Source of the DNA: Candidatus Latescibacterota bacterium
GTDB lineage: Bacteria; Latescibacterota; UBA2968
Assembly: GCA_965198115.1 (NCBI GenBank)
Contig: OZ240241.1
Coordinates: forward strand, 3,712,001-3,776,000
Length of the DNA stretch: 64,000 bases
Direction of reading: 5' to 3'
Shown: piece after piece, positions 20,597 to 30,693 of the stretch
Position numbering within the stretch: position 1 is the first letter of the stretch
Layout of the letters: every line of letters begins with the position of its first letter
Translations under genes and position numbers: made by a program
Notes under the pieces: generated by a model
What the model was told of the DNA's origin: nothing
Databases searched by the model: none
The model's input: the letters and a program-made list of their open reading frames with translations, nothing else

Positions 20597-20611
20597 GAAA
20601 GTTTCCCCTCT

Positions 20612-21304
20612 TCACGTGGAGTCCTGCCTGCGTGCCACCCAGATCCCGTTTTCCTCTTCGATGGAGATCGCGAACGGCGCGGAATCGATGCGCTGGGCGA
20701 TCTCTTTGTCACGGGGGTGAAAGTGTGGCTGGAGGGGATCTCCGAATTTCTGAGACTCGCCTCCAGCCTCGACCAGCGTACGCACGGCATCCCGGTCGGG
20801 CGAACGCCCCTGGATCAGGTTCCGAAGGTAGAGGGCGCATTGCTCGTCCTCGTCCGTCCGAACGGCGCCCGCCCACCCCATAGCGACGATCGTGACGACG
20901 TCCGGGGCATCGGCGCAGATCGCATTCGCCGTTGCTTCTGCGACGAGGAGTGACCCCCCGTAGAGTCGGTCCGCCCCCGACGCGGCGCACACGCCCACCG
21001 TCCCGGCACGCGTCGACTGGATCATCGTCCTGCCCGACACCTCCGCCCTGGACAGTTCGAACGGCGAGTTGTTATGGTCGAACCCATCGGGGCGTTTCCC
21101 ATCGACTTCGCCCACGCAGAGGTCGCCTTTCCCCGCCTCTCGAAGCGCCAGCGCCTCCTCGACTTCGGCAACGAGAAGAATCTTCTCGACACCCTTTAGA
21201 AACGCGACGGCCGCCGTCGTGAACGCCCGGTAGACGTCGATGATCACGACCGTACCCTCGGCACGAACGGCCCCCTCCAGCAAGCTCGCCAATTTCACGT
21301 CCAA
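20612..21304 (-). CDS. 2-phosphosulfolactate phosphatase (ComB family)
   Basis: VIIDVYRAFTT, NSP, TRAGT and EDEQCA motifs. Confidence 0.85.
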   Translation of the reverse strand: MDVKLASLLEGAVRAEGTVVIIDVYRAFTTAAVAFLKGVEKILLVAEVEEALALREAGKGDLCVGEVDGKRPDGFDHNNSPFELSRAEVSGRTMIQSTRAGTVGVCAASGADRLYGGSLLVAEATANAICADAPDVVTIVAMGWAGAVRTDEDEQCALYLRNLIQGRSPDRDAVRTLVEAGGESQKFGDPLQPHFHPRDKEIAQRIDSAPFAISIEEENGIWVARRQDST

Positions 21305-21424
21305 CAGATTTCCCTCCCTCGAATGGCCACCCGATGTTGCACGGCAACAGCGTTGTGGCACCATCCGGCTCACCCTACATTAGACCGTCCTTCCCTAGCC
21401 CATCCATCTTGTCCGAGGAATCCA

Positions 21425-21865
21425 ATGCGCCTCGTCTTCATCGTCGTCGCCCTGGCAGCCGGAACATTGATACCGGTTCAGGGAAGTCTCAACGCACGAC
21501 TCGGAAAGACCTTACCGCATCCGTTGCAATCGTCCCTCACGAACTTCCTCGTCGGAAGCCTCGTCCTGCTACTGCTCCTGCTCGTGATCCGGGCACCGTG
21601 GCCAACCTATGCCTCGCTGGCGGCCGTCCCCCCGCAGTTGTTCCTCGGGGGTGTGATCGGCGTGATTTTCGTGAGTGCCGTGCTGATTCTCATCCCGCAG
21701 ATCGGCGTGCTCAACGTCCTGGCATCGGCTCTCGTTGGCCAGCTCCTCGTCTCGATCCTCATCGATCATTTCGGCTGGTTCGGGGTACCGACCCACTCCC
21801 TGTCTCTGTCCAGAATCGTAGGCGCACTCAGCCTCGTGATCGGTCTCTTCCTGATTCAACGTTAG
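21425..21865 (+). CDS. DMT family transporter (YdcZ/DUF606-like)
   Basis: Hydrophobic helices; QGSLNARL and IDHFGWFG motifs. Confidence 0.85.
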   Translation: MRLVFIVVALAAGTLIPVQGSLNARLGKTLPHPLQSSLTNFLVGSLVLLLLLLVIRAPWPTYASLAAVPPQLFLGGVIGVIFVSAVLILIPQIGVLNVLASALVGQLLVSILIDHFGWFGVPTHSLSLSRIVGALSLVIGLFLIQR

Positions 21866-21879
21866 TCGCAGAGGAACCC

Positions 21880-22875
21880 GTGGACCCGGAAGTCAATCGA
21901 CCCCTCAGACGGCACGCCCTTCCGCCCCTGTTCGACCCCGGGGAAGGGACGACGGTTATTGAACCCCTCGGGGAGGGAAGCGGATGGTGGGCAGGCGCCC
22001 CCAGCGCGCTCTTCGACCACGAGACGGCAAAATTCTACCTCTACTACCGACAGCGACGACCTCGAGGTCTCGATCTGGAGCGAGGAGGCGAGTGTATCAT
22101 CGCCGAAAGCGTGGATGGAATCGTTTTCGATCCGATCTGGCGCGCCGAAAAGACTGCCTTCGACTCGGATTCGATGGAGCGCGCCGCACTCGTGAAGGGG
22201 TTGGACGACGTCTGGCGTCTGTATCTGAGTTACGTCGACCCGAACCACAAAATGTGGCGCGTGGACTTCCTGGAAGCGGATCGGCCAGACCGGTTCGACG
22301 CCCAAACCAGACGTCCTCTGTTCGACCCGGCCGACCTCCAAATCGAGGGCATCAAGGACCCTTACGTGTTCACGCTCGGCCACGAGTATTACATGACCCT
22401 GAGCTACGCCACACGAACGGGTCGGCTGACCAGGAAACAGGAGGGCGATCTCCACGCCACGGCCGACGCCTACAACACGGGTCTCACGCTGTCTCGTACC
22501 GGTCTGGCCACGAGCACCGACGGCCGAAGCTTCGACTGGGAAGGGGAATTCTTCTCGCCGGGAGAATCCGGTTGGGACGCGTGGTGCACGCGCATCTGCT
22601 CAGTCGTCTACCTACCCCCCGTATTCACCGCCTTCTACGACGGTGCTCAGGACGTTTCGGGCAACTACGAAGAGCGAACGGGACTCGCCTCCGCCATCGA
22701 TCTTCGCCAGCTGAAGTCGCTTTCTCCGAATGCGCCAAGGCTCGTATCACCACACGCTTCGGGAAGCCTGCGCTACCTGGACGCCGTGCAGTTCCCAGAT
22801 CGAATCCACTACTACTACGAATATGCCCGCGAAGACGGTTCCCACGAAACGCGCGTGAACATCGTATCAATCTGA
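21880..22875 (+). CDS. Five-bladed beta-propeller glycoside hydrolase-like protein
   Basis: WAGAPS, SMERAAL and KDPYV motifs; GTG start with SD. Confidence 0.65.
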   Translation: MDPEVNRPLRRHALPPLFDPGEGTTVIEPLGEGSGWWAGAPSALFDHETAKFYLYYRQRRPRGLDLERGGECIIAESVDGIVFDPIWRAEKTAFDSDSMERAALVKGLDDVWRLYLSYVDPNHKMWRVDFLEADRPDRFDAQTRRPLFDPADLQIEGIKDPYVFTLGHEYYMTLSYATRTGRLTRKQEGDLHATADAYNTGLTLSRTGLATSTDGRSFDWEGEFFSPGESGWDAWCTRICSVVYLPPVFTAFYDGAQDVSGNYEERTGLASAIDLRQLKSLSPNAPRLVSPHASGSLRYLDAVQFPDRIHYYYEYAREDGSHETRVNIVSI

Positions 22876-22878
22876 GTG

Positions 22879-24204
22879 TTACCCTGCCAGGTGCGAAACA
22901 ACGTCGGCGGTGCGAGACAGCGTCTCGTCGATATCCTCCTTCGTGTGTGCCAGAGAAACGCTTCCCTGCTTGGTTGCCAGCGGAAAGTGATAGACGCCCC
23001 GGTCGATCAGCGCCCTTCGGTATAGCGTGTCGTACTCGAAATCGTGATGTTCCGCCACATCGTGCCAATCCACGGGCAGATGATCGGCAAAGTAAGCACA
23101 GAACGCCGAGCCCTGCTGCGCCACGCTGGCCGTCAACCCTGCTGACTCGAAGACCGACCGGAGCCCGGCCGTCATACGATTCCCCGTGGCGTAAAGACGT
23201 TCGTAGACCGCCCCTCCGTTCGCCGCCAGCTTCTCCACGGTGGCTACGGCAGCCGCGCACGGAATCGGATGCGCGTTGTAAGTCCCCGCGATGAGTACGC
23301 GCTTCGCTCCGTCCTCGTGAACAAAGTAGGACATCAGATCCTTGCGCCCACCGATTGCCCCGATCGGATAGCCGTTCGCCAGCGCCTTCCCGAAGACGGA
23401 CAAATCGGGCGTCACCCCGCAGATCGACTGATACCCGCCGGCGGCGTGGCGAAACCCTGTTTTGACTTCATCGAAAACCAGAACGACACCGTGCTCGTCG
23501 CACAGCGCACGCAGCCCCTCCAGGTAGCCGTCGTGCGGCTTGACGATTCCGATGTTCTGGAGGATTGGTTCAAGTATGATCATGGCGATGCTGTGCGACC
23601 CCATCACCGCAGCCACCGATCCCAGATCGTTATAATTGACGACGTGTGTGTCGTCCAGCGCGCCCTCCGGAACACCCGCCGTGATCGGCACCTTCGGGTA
23701 TTCTCCCTCCACCACGCGTGGGCCGACGGCCTCCAGCGGCGTCATCACATTCACGGCCACGTCGTTGTGCCAACCGTTGTATCCCCCCTGCATCACGATC
23801 ACGCCCGGGCGGCCGGTGTGAGCACGGGCGATCCTGAGAGCGTGATACGTGGCCTCTGACCCGGTGTTCGTGATCATCACCTGGTCGACCGAAGCCACGT
23901 GCTCCACGATCAGTTCGGCGACACGCCCCTCGAGGGGGTTCGTGCCCGCCCCCATCAGCGTCGACTCGTCGTCGAGCGTGTTGCGCACCGCTGCCGTCAC
24001 GTCCGGGTCGTTGTGTCCGAGGATATAGGGCGAGAACCCCGCGTGATAGTCGATATATTCGTTCCCGTCGGCGTCCCAGACGCGACTCCCGCTCCCCCGG
24101 ATGAACGCGATCTCCGGCGCCACGGCTCGGTTCACCGACACGACGCCACCCGGGATAACCCGTCTGTTCCGATCGTGGATTCGCGTGGATTCCCGCGTGA
24201 TCAT
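22879..24204 (-). CDS. Class III PLP aminotransferase (GSA aminomutase-like)
   Basis: DADGNEYID, FDEVKTGFR and FGKALANG motifs. Confidence 0.88.
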   Translation of the reverse strand: MITRESTRIHDRNRRVIPGGVVSVNRAVAPEIAFIRGSGSRVWDADGNEYIDYHAGFSPYILGHNDPDVTAAVRNTLDDESTLMGAGTNPLEGRVAELIVEHVASVDQVMITNTGSEATYHALRIARAHTGRPGVIVMQGGYNGWHNDVAVNVMTPLEAVGPRVVEGEYPKVPITAGVPEGALDDTHVVNYNDLGSVAAVMGSHSIAMIILEPILQNIGIVKPHDGYLEGLRALCDEHGVVLVFDEVKTGFRHAAGGYQSICGVTPDLSVFGKALANGYPIGAIGGRKDLMSYFVHEDGAKRVLIAGTYNAHPIPCAAAVATVEKLAANGGAVYERLYATGNRMTAGLRSVFESAGLTASVAQQGSAFCAYFADHLPVDWHDVAEHHDFEYDTLYRRALIDRGVYHFPLATKQGSVSLAHTKEDIDETLSRTADVVSHLAG

Positions 24205-25184
24205 CCATCACCTCTGGGTATCGTCATGATCACTTTTCCGATGTTTTCGTTCCGTTTGAGCACATCCTGGGCGGCTTCGACCTCCTCGATCGACACGGTT
24301 CGGTCGATCACCGGCTCGATGTCGCCCGCTACCAGGTCCTGCCAGAAACGTGTTTCGAACCCTTCGCGAATCGCTTCCTTCTCTTCCAGCGAACGCGACC
24401 GCAAGACCGATCCGATCACCCTGAGCCTGCGACGCATTAACCCGCCCAGATCGATCTCTCCCACGACGCCCCCGAGCAGCGCGATGATCACGAGCCGCCC
24501 CCGGTTCCTGAGCAGTCCGAGGTTGCGCCCCAGATAATCGGCGGCACCGATGTCGAGAATCACGTCCACACCCTCGGGGGCCGATTCCTTGACGAACTCC
24601 GCAAAATCGACTTCGTGCCGGTTGATCGCAATATCTGCACCCAACGATCGGCAAAAGTCCGCCTTGTCGTCCCGACCCACGACCGCAATGACTCGAGCCC
24701 CCGTACGGACCGCCATCTGAATCCCTGCCGTCCCCACCCCGCTTGCTCCGCCGTGAATCAGCAGGGTCTCTCCTTCGGCGAGTGCACCCTCCGTAAAGAT
24801 GTTCACGTATGCGGTGTAGAAAACTTCGGGTACAGCGGCGCCCTGCTCGAAGGACCAGGCATCCGGAAGTCGGACCAGAAGCGAGGCCGGGGCGGCCACC
24901 CGCTCTGCGTAGCCTCCTCCCGAAAGAAGAGTGCACACGCGATCGCCGACCGCCCAGCCCTCGACGCCCTCTCCGACCTCTTCCACCACACCCGATGCCT
25001 CTAGGCCCATGTAGGGAGAGGCACCTGGCGGAACGGGATACTGTCCGACCCGCTGGAGCAAGTCCGCGCGATTCACAGCCGTTGCCCGGACGGAGATCAC
25101 GACCTCGCCGGGGGCGACAACGGGATCGTCCACCTCGGACCAGGAGAGGGCGTGAGTGTTCGAATCGACGACCACTGCTTTCAT
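24201..25184 (-). CDS. NAD(P)H-quinone oxidoreductase (PIG3/zeta-crystallin family)
   Basis: VNRADLLQ and HGGASGVG motifs. Confidence 0.9.
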   Translation of the reverse strand: MKAVVVDSNTHALSWSEVDDPVVAPGEVVISVRATAVNRADLLQRVGQYPVPPGASPYMGLEASGVVEEVGEGVEGWAVGDRVCTLLSGGGYAERVAAPASLLVRLPDAWSFEQGAAVPEVFYTAYVNIFTEGALAEGETLLIHGGASGVGTAGIQMAVRTGARVIAVVGRDDKADFCRSLGADIAINRHEVDFAEFVKESAPEGVDVILDIGAADYLGRNLGLLRNRGRLVIIALLGGVVGEIDLGGLMRRRLRVIGSVLRSRSLEEKEAIREGFETRFWQDLVAGDIEPVIDRTVSIEEVEAAQDVLKRNENIGKVIMTIPRGDG

Positions 25185-25909
25185 GCCTGAACCACTTCGG
25201 GTTTGTTCAGCTCCCGCCAAAGCGTGGGAGCGGGCCAAGAGAACCGATCGAAAACCCGCTGGAGCCTCGCCGGAATCGGCGCCTCGATCGTCACGTTTTT
25301 CTGAGTAAAGGGATGTTCGAACGCCATCGACGTCGCCATCAGCAAGAGACGCGAAAGTCGAAACGTCTCTCGAAAGAACCGATTGTGATCACCGTCCCCG
25401 TGCGTTGTATCCCCGATGACAGGATGAGACAGATGCGCGGCGTGTCGGCGGATCTGATGTCGGCGTCCGGTCGTCAGCCTGGCCCGCACCAGACTGTAGC
25501 GGGCCGTGGAGTAACGCCCCACGGCCCAAGGCAGCTCGACACGCGCCTCACAATAGAAATCGGTGACACTCTCCACCAACGACCCGCCGTGCTCCCCATC
25601 GTCGATCGCCCTGTGGACCCGACAATCGTCCAGGTAGCCACGTAGCAGGGCGAGATATTGCTTGTCCACGCTTCGCGACTCGATGAGCGCACCCATGCGC
25701 CGGGCCGCCTCCTGACTCAGGGCAAAAAGAACGAGCCCGGAAGTGCCGCGGTCGATACGATGGAGCGGGTAGACCCACCCACCCATCCTCTTCCTGACGA
25801 TGGGCAACAACGCAATCGCGTCGGGCGCCATCGAAGTCGGATGAACCACCAGACCGCTTCGTTTGTCGACCGCGACGAAGTGGTCGTCCTGATACAGAAC
25901 CTCGTTCAC
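25181..25909 (-). CDS. RluA/TruC-family pseudouridine synthase
   Basis: HRIDRGTSG, TGRRHQIRRH and GDTTHG motifs. Confidence 0.9.
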   Translation of the reverse strand: MNEVLYQDDHFVAVDKRSGLVVHPTSMAPDAIALLPIVRKRMGGWVYPLHRIDRGTSGLVLFALSQEAARRMGALIESRSVDKQYLALLRGYLDDCRVHRAIDDGEHGGSLVESVTDFYCEARVELPWAVGRYSTARYSLVRARLTTGRRHQIRRHAAHLSHPVIGDTTHGDGDHNRFFRETFRLSRLLLMATSMAFEHPFTQKNVTIEAPIPARLQRVFDRFSWPAPTLWRELNKPEVVQA

Positions 25910-26208
25910 GTCAGGGAGATTCCGAAGCGCTGCTTCTCCGGCTCACGATGGGGCCGGTAAAGAATCGCCACGTGACCGATCACACCCACAACGACCGCTC
26001 CCACGGCATCTGACATCTGCCCGGCCAGCGTTTTCCGCTCTTCTTTGCGTTCGACGAACCGCACTTTAATCAACTCGTGCACATCGAGCGCCTCCACGAC
26101 CGCGTGCACGAGCGTCTCGCTCAGCCCTTCCTTGCCGACCATCACGACAGGTTTGAGGCCGTGCACCGCCTGCTTGAGTGTGCGACGATCTGACGAAGAC
26201 AACGCCAT
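25906..26208 (-). CDS. yhbY: YhbY (CRS1) RNA-binding protein
   Basis: LKPVVMVGKEG and HELIKV motifs. Confidence 0.88.
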   Translation of the reverse strand: MALSSSDRRTLKQAVHGLKPVVMVGKEGLSETLVHAVVEALDVHELIKVRFVERKEERKTLAGQMSDAVGAVVVGVIGHVAILYRPHREPEKQRFGISLT

Positions 26209-26242
26209 CCTGCACCCCTCCACCGCAACTTTTTCGGTCGCC

Positions 26243-27793
26243 CTATCCCCAGGCCGTGTCGAATCTCGATTCGGCCTCTGCCAACACGATGGCGGGAATG
26301 TCCTCGGGCGACTCGACGGGATAGACGACGATGTGTCCGTCTTGCTCAGTCGCACGCCGGAACTGCTCGGCCTCCTGGGTCCTTCCCACGTGAACGGCCG
26401 TCACCCGTCCCTCCACACGGGAAAGGAAATCGGTCACGCTGTTCAGGTTCGAGATCTGCATGTCCGTAATCACGAAATAGTCCGTGTTCGAATTCGTGAG
26501 ACGCGCGAAGTCCGATGTGTCGACCTCGGTTCCACCACCGAAGTAGCGGCACAGACCTCGAAAGACGCGTGTTCGATCGCGCGTATAGTCGACCCATTCC
26601 TTACCGCCCGACGGCGCGTCGCTGAAATTGTAGACAGCCACCCGCCGCCCCCGCTTCAAGTAGGCGTCGGCGGCACAGCCCGCACCTAACACGGCGAACG
26701 ACAGTTCTTCACACGGGTTTGTCATGCTCCCGGAAGAGTCGATGACCAGCACACAATCCGGAGTCCCGGCCTGGCTCCCGTGTGTCTCTCCTTCACGCCG
26801 CTCCCACACCTGGGACACGCCCGGCAAGAACTTGCCGAAGCTCGTCCACACGTCGATGTCCTGAACGGGTCGTCCGACTTCCCAGGGCGTGTGCGCGTGG
26901 GGATACCAACCGCCTACGCGCTCGAGCCGATTCGGTCTGACGGCCAATCTGAACCGTTCACATCGCTTCATATAATAAAGAAGGTCCGCCTGCGTCGGCT
27001 CACCCTTCCCCTGACCGATCCCCTTCTCTGGCATCACGCCCGCATCTTCCAGCACATCCCGAAAATCATCCACCATCGCACGGAACGCGTAGTAGCCTTG
27101 CTCGGCGAATCGTGCGAGAGCCTTTTCGATCTCTTCTGCCGAGTGTTGCGCATCGTGATCGCCCAACATCCCACTCTGGCCGTCCGTGCCTTCTTCTGAT
27201 TCCTCCCGAAGAAAGGGGGTGACCACGTTCGCGAACGTCCGCACGCTCTCCTTCCACTTCGACCGCTCCAAATAGGGAATCCGCGAGAGCCGGGTGACCG
27301 CCGTGTCACGCGCCTCGTCCCGCTCGACGCCGAGATCGACGCCCCAGAGACGCTCGTAGAGTGAACGCATCAACTCGTAGGCGCCCTCACCCGGACGATC
27401 GGAATAGATGTCGGGCAATGCCGACCCGTGTTCGCGAACACAGTGGGTGTCGACGACCGCATCGGTAAAATAATCGAGGACGCGCCGAATCATCGCCCCG
27501 TCCCGGACAACCGGCTTAAGCGATGCATACAGATCGAGATAAGTTTCGTAGTCCCACGGACAGACCGTGTGGTGGGCGATTCCGTGGTCGAGAAGGGCAT
27601 CGACGACCGACTCGGGAGGCACCGTGTCCCCGAACGATTCGACAAAGCCGCTCGACAGGCGAATGTGCTTGGCGCGTACATCCATCGCCACCGACTCGTC
27701 GATGTCGGCCAGCGAAGGATCCGGGAGCTCTGGATACAAGTGTCGGGCCCGGGCCTCCGGCCACGCGGCCTCGAGCAGGTCTTTCCACGCCAT
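26243..27793 (-). CDS. VWA-domain protein with a metallopeptidase-like N-terminus
   Basis: MIDAS DSSGS...GGGT...ITD; N-terminal DHGIAHH. Confidence 0.82.
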   Translation of the reverse strand: MAWKDLLEAAWPEARARHLYPELPDPSLADIDESVAMDVRAKHIRLSSGFVESFGDTVPPESVVDALLDHGIAHHTVCPWDYETYLDLYASLKPVVRDGAMIRRVLDYFTDAVVDTHCVREHGSALPDIYSDRPGEGAYELMRSLYERLWGVDLGVERDEARDTAVTRLSRIPYLERSKWKESVRTFANVVTPFLREESEEGTDGQSGMLGDHDAQHSAEEIEKALARFAEQGYYAFRAMVDDFRDVLEDAGVMPEKGIGQGKGEPTQADLLYYMKRCERFRLAVRPNRLERVGGWYPHAHTPWEVGRPVQDIDVWTSFGKFLPGVSQVWERREGETHGSQAGTPDCVLVIDSSGSMTNPCEELSFAVLGAGCAADAYLKRGRRVAVYNFSDAPSGGKEWVDYTRDRTRVFRGLCRYFGGGTEVDTSDFARLTNSNTDYFVITDMQISNLNSVTDFLSRVEGRVTAVHVGRTQEAEQFRRATEQDGHIVVYPVESPEDIPAIVLAEAESRFDTAWG

Positions 27794-28488
27794 CAGACCG
27801 CCCTCTCCGGGTCGCCGTAGACACATTGTCGTCGATGGTAGACCACGCCGCCGGTCGGCTTGCCAACGCCTCCGAGTCTGCCCTGAACGTGGATTTCGCC
27901 CCCCACCATCTGTTCACCCACGAACCGGCCCGCGTCACCGCCCACGTCGATCCGCCCCGCCACCATACCCGCGCCCAGGTAACGTCCGACGTGCCCGCTC
28001 ACGCTCAGCCCGCCGCCCGTCATTGAAATACCGGTCAGGTCGCCAAGATGGCCGTCGACGCTCAAGGTTCGCCCGTCCTCCAGACGATATCCGAGCAGGG
28101 GTAGCCGGAGGTCCTGTCCCTGAAAGCTGAGCCCGATCTGACGATCTTGTGACGTGTTACAGAGTGCGGAAACGTAAAGACCGAGCGGGCCCATCAGGAA
28201 GAAATCCGGATCCTCACTGCCAAAGGAAGCCAGCGCGAACGCCTCGACGTCGCCCGGAGTCACCTCCAGGTCGGTCACGATCGCGAGGGCTTGTTCGTAG
28301 ACGCGTACGATCGAGTCGCCATCGGGTTGCCAGAGCCCATCGCCGGCCTCGTCCTCGATCAGTCGTTTGAACCCGGCTTTCAGATCGTCCAACACGTGTG
28401 TGTGTGCCGCGAGGATCTCCTCCATGGGCAGTTTTCGTGGCGGGGGCTCCGAGCCCTGCGCTCTGAACTCGCTGAACGGGTTTTTCAC
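27793..28488 (-). CDS. GXGXG (FwdC/GltB-C-like beta-helix) domain protein
   Basis: Three GxxMxxG repeats (GISMTGG, GAGMVAG, GEQMVGG) after a helical N-terminus. Confidence 0.75.
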   Translation of the reverse strand: MKNPFSEFRAQGSEPPPRKLPMEEILAAHTHVLDDLKAGFKRLIEDEAGDGLWQPDGDSIVRVYEQALAIVTDLEVTPGDVEAFALASFGSEDPDFFLMGPLGLYVSALCNTSQDRQIGLSFQGQDLRLPLLGYRLEDGRTLSVDGHLGDLTGISMTGGGLSVSGHVGRYLGAGMVAGRIDVGGDAGRFVGEQMVGGEIHVQGRLGGVGKPTGGVVYHRRQCVYGDPERAV

Positions 28489-29813
28489 GACCCGACCCGC
28501 GACGGTTCGGCACCGAGATCCTTTTTTATCTCGTGATAGATCGGGTGCTCACCCTCCAAAGGCTCAACGGCCTCACCATCGAACGCCCGACCTCCCACGC
28601 CGAGCGCCTCTTTGATCCGCGCACTCTGCTCCGAATAGCGGCGGACAACCTGTGAGACGGCTTCGCGAGCTCGATGAATCAGGTAGGCGTCACGGCGCTG
28701 TCCGTGCTCGACGTCGGTGTCCCCATCGTCGCGCCATTGGATCCGATGGGCGGATGCGTAGGGAAGAATCAGTCGCAGGTGCTCGACCGTCACGACCGAG
28801 TCTCCGAGCAGCCAGGCCAACGCCTGTGCGTAGCGACGCACCGACACCGGAAAGCGGTTCGACAGGCATCCTTTGACCTGATACCCCAGGTAGCCTGTGT
28901 AGTGGCATCCCTCCCCACAGATTTCGTTCGAACGCTTCTGGCCATACTTGCAGCAGAACGTGAGCTCGGCCAGATAGGTCCTCATCAGTGCACTCGCATC
29001 CGTTTCAAACGACAGACGCAAGAAGGACGCGCGTGCGCGCGCGCGCGCTTCACGACCGAGCGTTGGCACGTTGAGGGATTCTGCCACACGCGCTCCAAAC
29101 CCGTCGCAGAACGTTTGAATGTCACCATCGTCAGCATCGCCTCCAAGCCAGGTCTGGATGGCGTTCTCGCATTCGGCGTCGCGCAGACCCGGCTCGACGC
29201 TCGCGTCCTCGCCGATTGCCCACGACAGATTCGGTCCCGGGTGTTTCGACTCGACCATCACGTCGAACCGATCCATCAGCGGGGGCACGAGTGTGTTCGT
29301 ACCCCGGTCCTGGTAATTGGCCGTCGCGAACAACGCGAACTCATCGTTCACGAGCATCGCGTTCAAATACGTCCAATGACCCCGGTCAACCCCGTTGAGA
29401 ATCAGACTCTGTTTGGTCTCGGGAAGCCGATTGATCTCATCGACGATCTTGACCGGCAGCCGAGCGAAAGCCGACCACACGACCGCCTCGCGCCCCTGGT
29501 TGAGTTCACCGAGGTTGGGACGTCCGACGATCTTCTCCTCGGTCTGCTCGGGATGCCCCGACACTTCGGCTTCCCACACCGTCCCGAGCGGCAATCGGTA
29601 GAGCAGCGCCCCCACGTACTCGGCCGAAGTGGTCTTCCCCAGGCCGGGCTCCCCCACGATCAGCGCCTTGCCTCCAACCAGACCCGTCAACACGCTCAGC
29701 AGGAGTGACGCGTTGAACGATTGCCCCTGTATCTCGACATCGGGTCGGTTATAGTAGAGGTTGTCCTCTATAAAGGAGAGGATGGCCAGCACATCTTTTC
29801 TCACATCGTCCAA
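28485..29813 (-). CDS. MoxR-like AAA+ ATPase
   Basis: Walker A GEPGLGKT, Walker B IVDEINR, ATAN sensor, MDRF. Confidence 0.9.
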   Translation of the reverse strand: MDDVRKDVLAILSFIEDNLYYNRPDVEIQGQSFNASLLLSVLTGLVGGKALIVGEPGLGKTTSAEYVGALLYRLPLGTVWEAEVSGHPEQTEEKIVGRPNLGELNQGREAVVWSAFARLPVKIVDEINRLPETKQSLILNGVDRGHWTYLNAMLVNDEFALFATANYQDRGTNTLVPPLMDRFDVMVESKHPGPNLSWAIGEDASVEPGLRDAECENAIQTWLGGDADDGDIQTFCDGFGARVAESLNVPTLGREARARARASFLRLSFETDASALMRTYLAELTFCCKYGQKRSNEICGEGCHYTGYLGYQVKGCLSNRFPVSVRRYAQALAWLLGDSVVTVEHLRLILPYASAHRIQWRDDGDTDVEHGQRRDAYLIHRAREAVSQVVRRYSEQSARIKEALGVGGRAFDGEAVEPLEGEHPIYHEIKKDLGAEPSRVGS

Positions 29814-29829
29814 GCGTATCCTCGAATCG

Positions 29830-30693
29830 CTAAACGCCCGCGTAGGCCGAAAATCCGCCGTCGACGGGAAGGACCACCCCCGTCACGAAGGCCGACGCGG
29901 GTGAAACCAGAAAGCAGACCGGGCCGGCGACGTCCATCGGATCGCCCATTCGCCCCATCGGAGTGTGGTCGATCACTTGCTGTCCTCGAGGCGTCAGACC
30001 ACCCGTCTCTCTGTCATACAAAAGATACCGGTTCTGATCCGTCACGAAGAATCCCGGAGCCACGGCGTTCACACGCACCGCCGGCGTGTACTCCTGCGCA
30101 ATGTGCACCGCCAGCCACTGCGTAAAGTTCGCAACCGCCGCCTTGGACGCCGAATAGGCGGGAATGCGGGTAAGCGGCCGAATCGCGTTCATCGAGGCTG
30201 TGTTCACGATTGCGGCGCCGTCGACCTGCTCGACCATGGCTTCAGCGAAAACCTGGGTCGGCAAAATCGCGCCCGCGAAAAGATTGATCGCTACGGCGCG
30301 CTCGAACGCGTCCAGCGGCAGATCGAAAAACCGCCTGTCCGCCGATGTGCTGGCTTCGGGCAGATTGCCGCCCGCCAGGTTCACTAAAATGTCGACAGAC
30401 GCGTATTCTGTCAGCACTCGATCCCGCAACGACTCGATCGAATCGCGATCGAGCGCGTCAACCCATTCGCCCTTCGCGGGCAGGCCATCTTCGTTCAGAC
30501 GGCCTGCGGCTCCGTCCGCCTTTGCCTGCGCCACGTCCGCGATCACAAGCGTGGCTCCCGCCCGCCCCAAACCCGATGCGACCGCCGAGCCGATCGCTCC
30601 GGCACCGCCGATCAGGACGGCAGTTCGCCCCTCGAGTGAGAATGCAGCGAGGTCCGGCAGCGCACTCGGCCGATTGGAGTCGATCCTTTTCAC
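29830..30693 (-). CDS. SDR oxidoreductase (D-mannonate oxidoreductase-like)
   Basis: GGAGAIG, AGGN, YSASK and NAVAPGFF motifs. Confidence 0.88.
   Translation of the reverse strand: MKRIDSNRPSALPDLAAFSLEGRTAVLIGGAGAIGSAVASGLGRAGATLVIADVAQAKADGAAGRLNEDGLPAKGEWVDALDRDSIESLRDRVLTEYASVDILVNLAGGNLPEASTSADRRFFDLPLDAFERAVAINLFAGAILPTQVFAEAMVEQVDGAAIVNTASMNAIRPLTRIPAYSASKAAVANFTQWLAVHIAQEYTPAVRVNAVAPGFFVTDQNRYLLYDRETGGLTPRGQQVIDHTPMGRMGDPMDVAGPVCFLVSPASAFVTGVVLPVDGGFSAYAGV

Noticed and set aside
14255-21304. Coenzyme M or sulfolactate pathway from ComB plus Ldh_2 genes
   Set aside because: The genes are not adjacent, there is no comA/comDE, and both families are functionally broad.
27793-28488. True formylmethanofuran dehydrogenase subunit C
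   Set aside because: Too few beta-helix repeats and no fwdA/B/D or other C1-transfer genes in the window.
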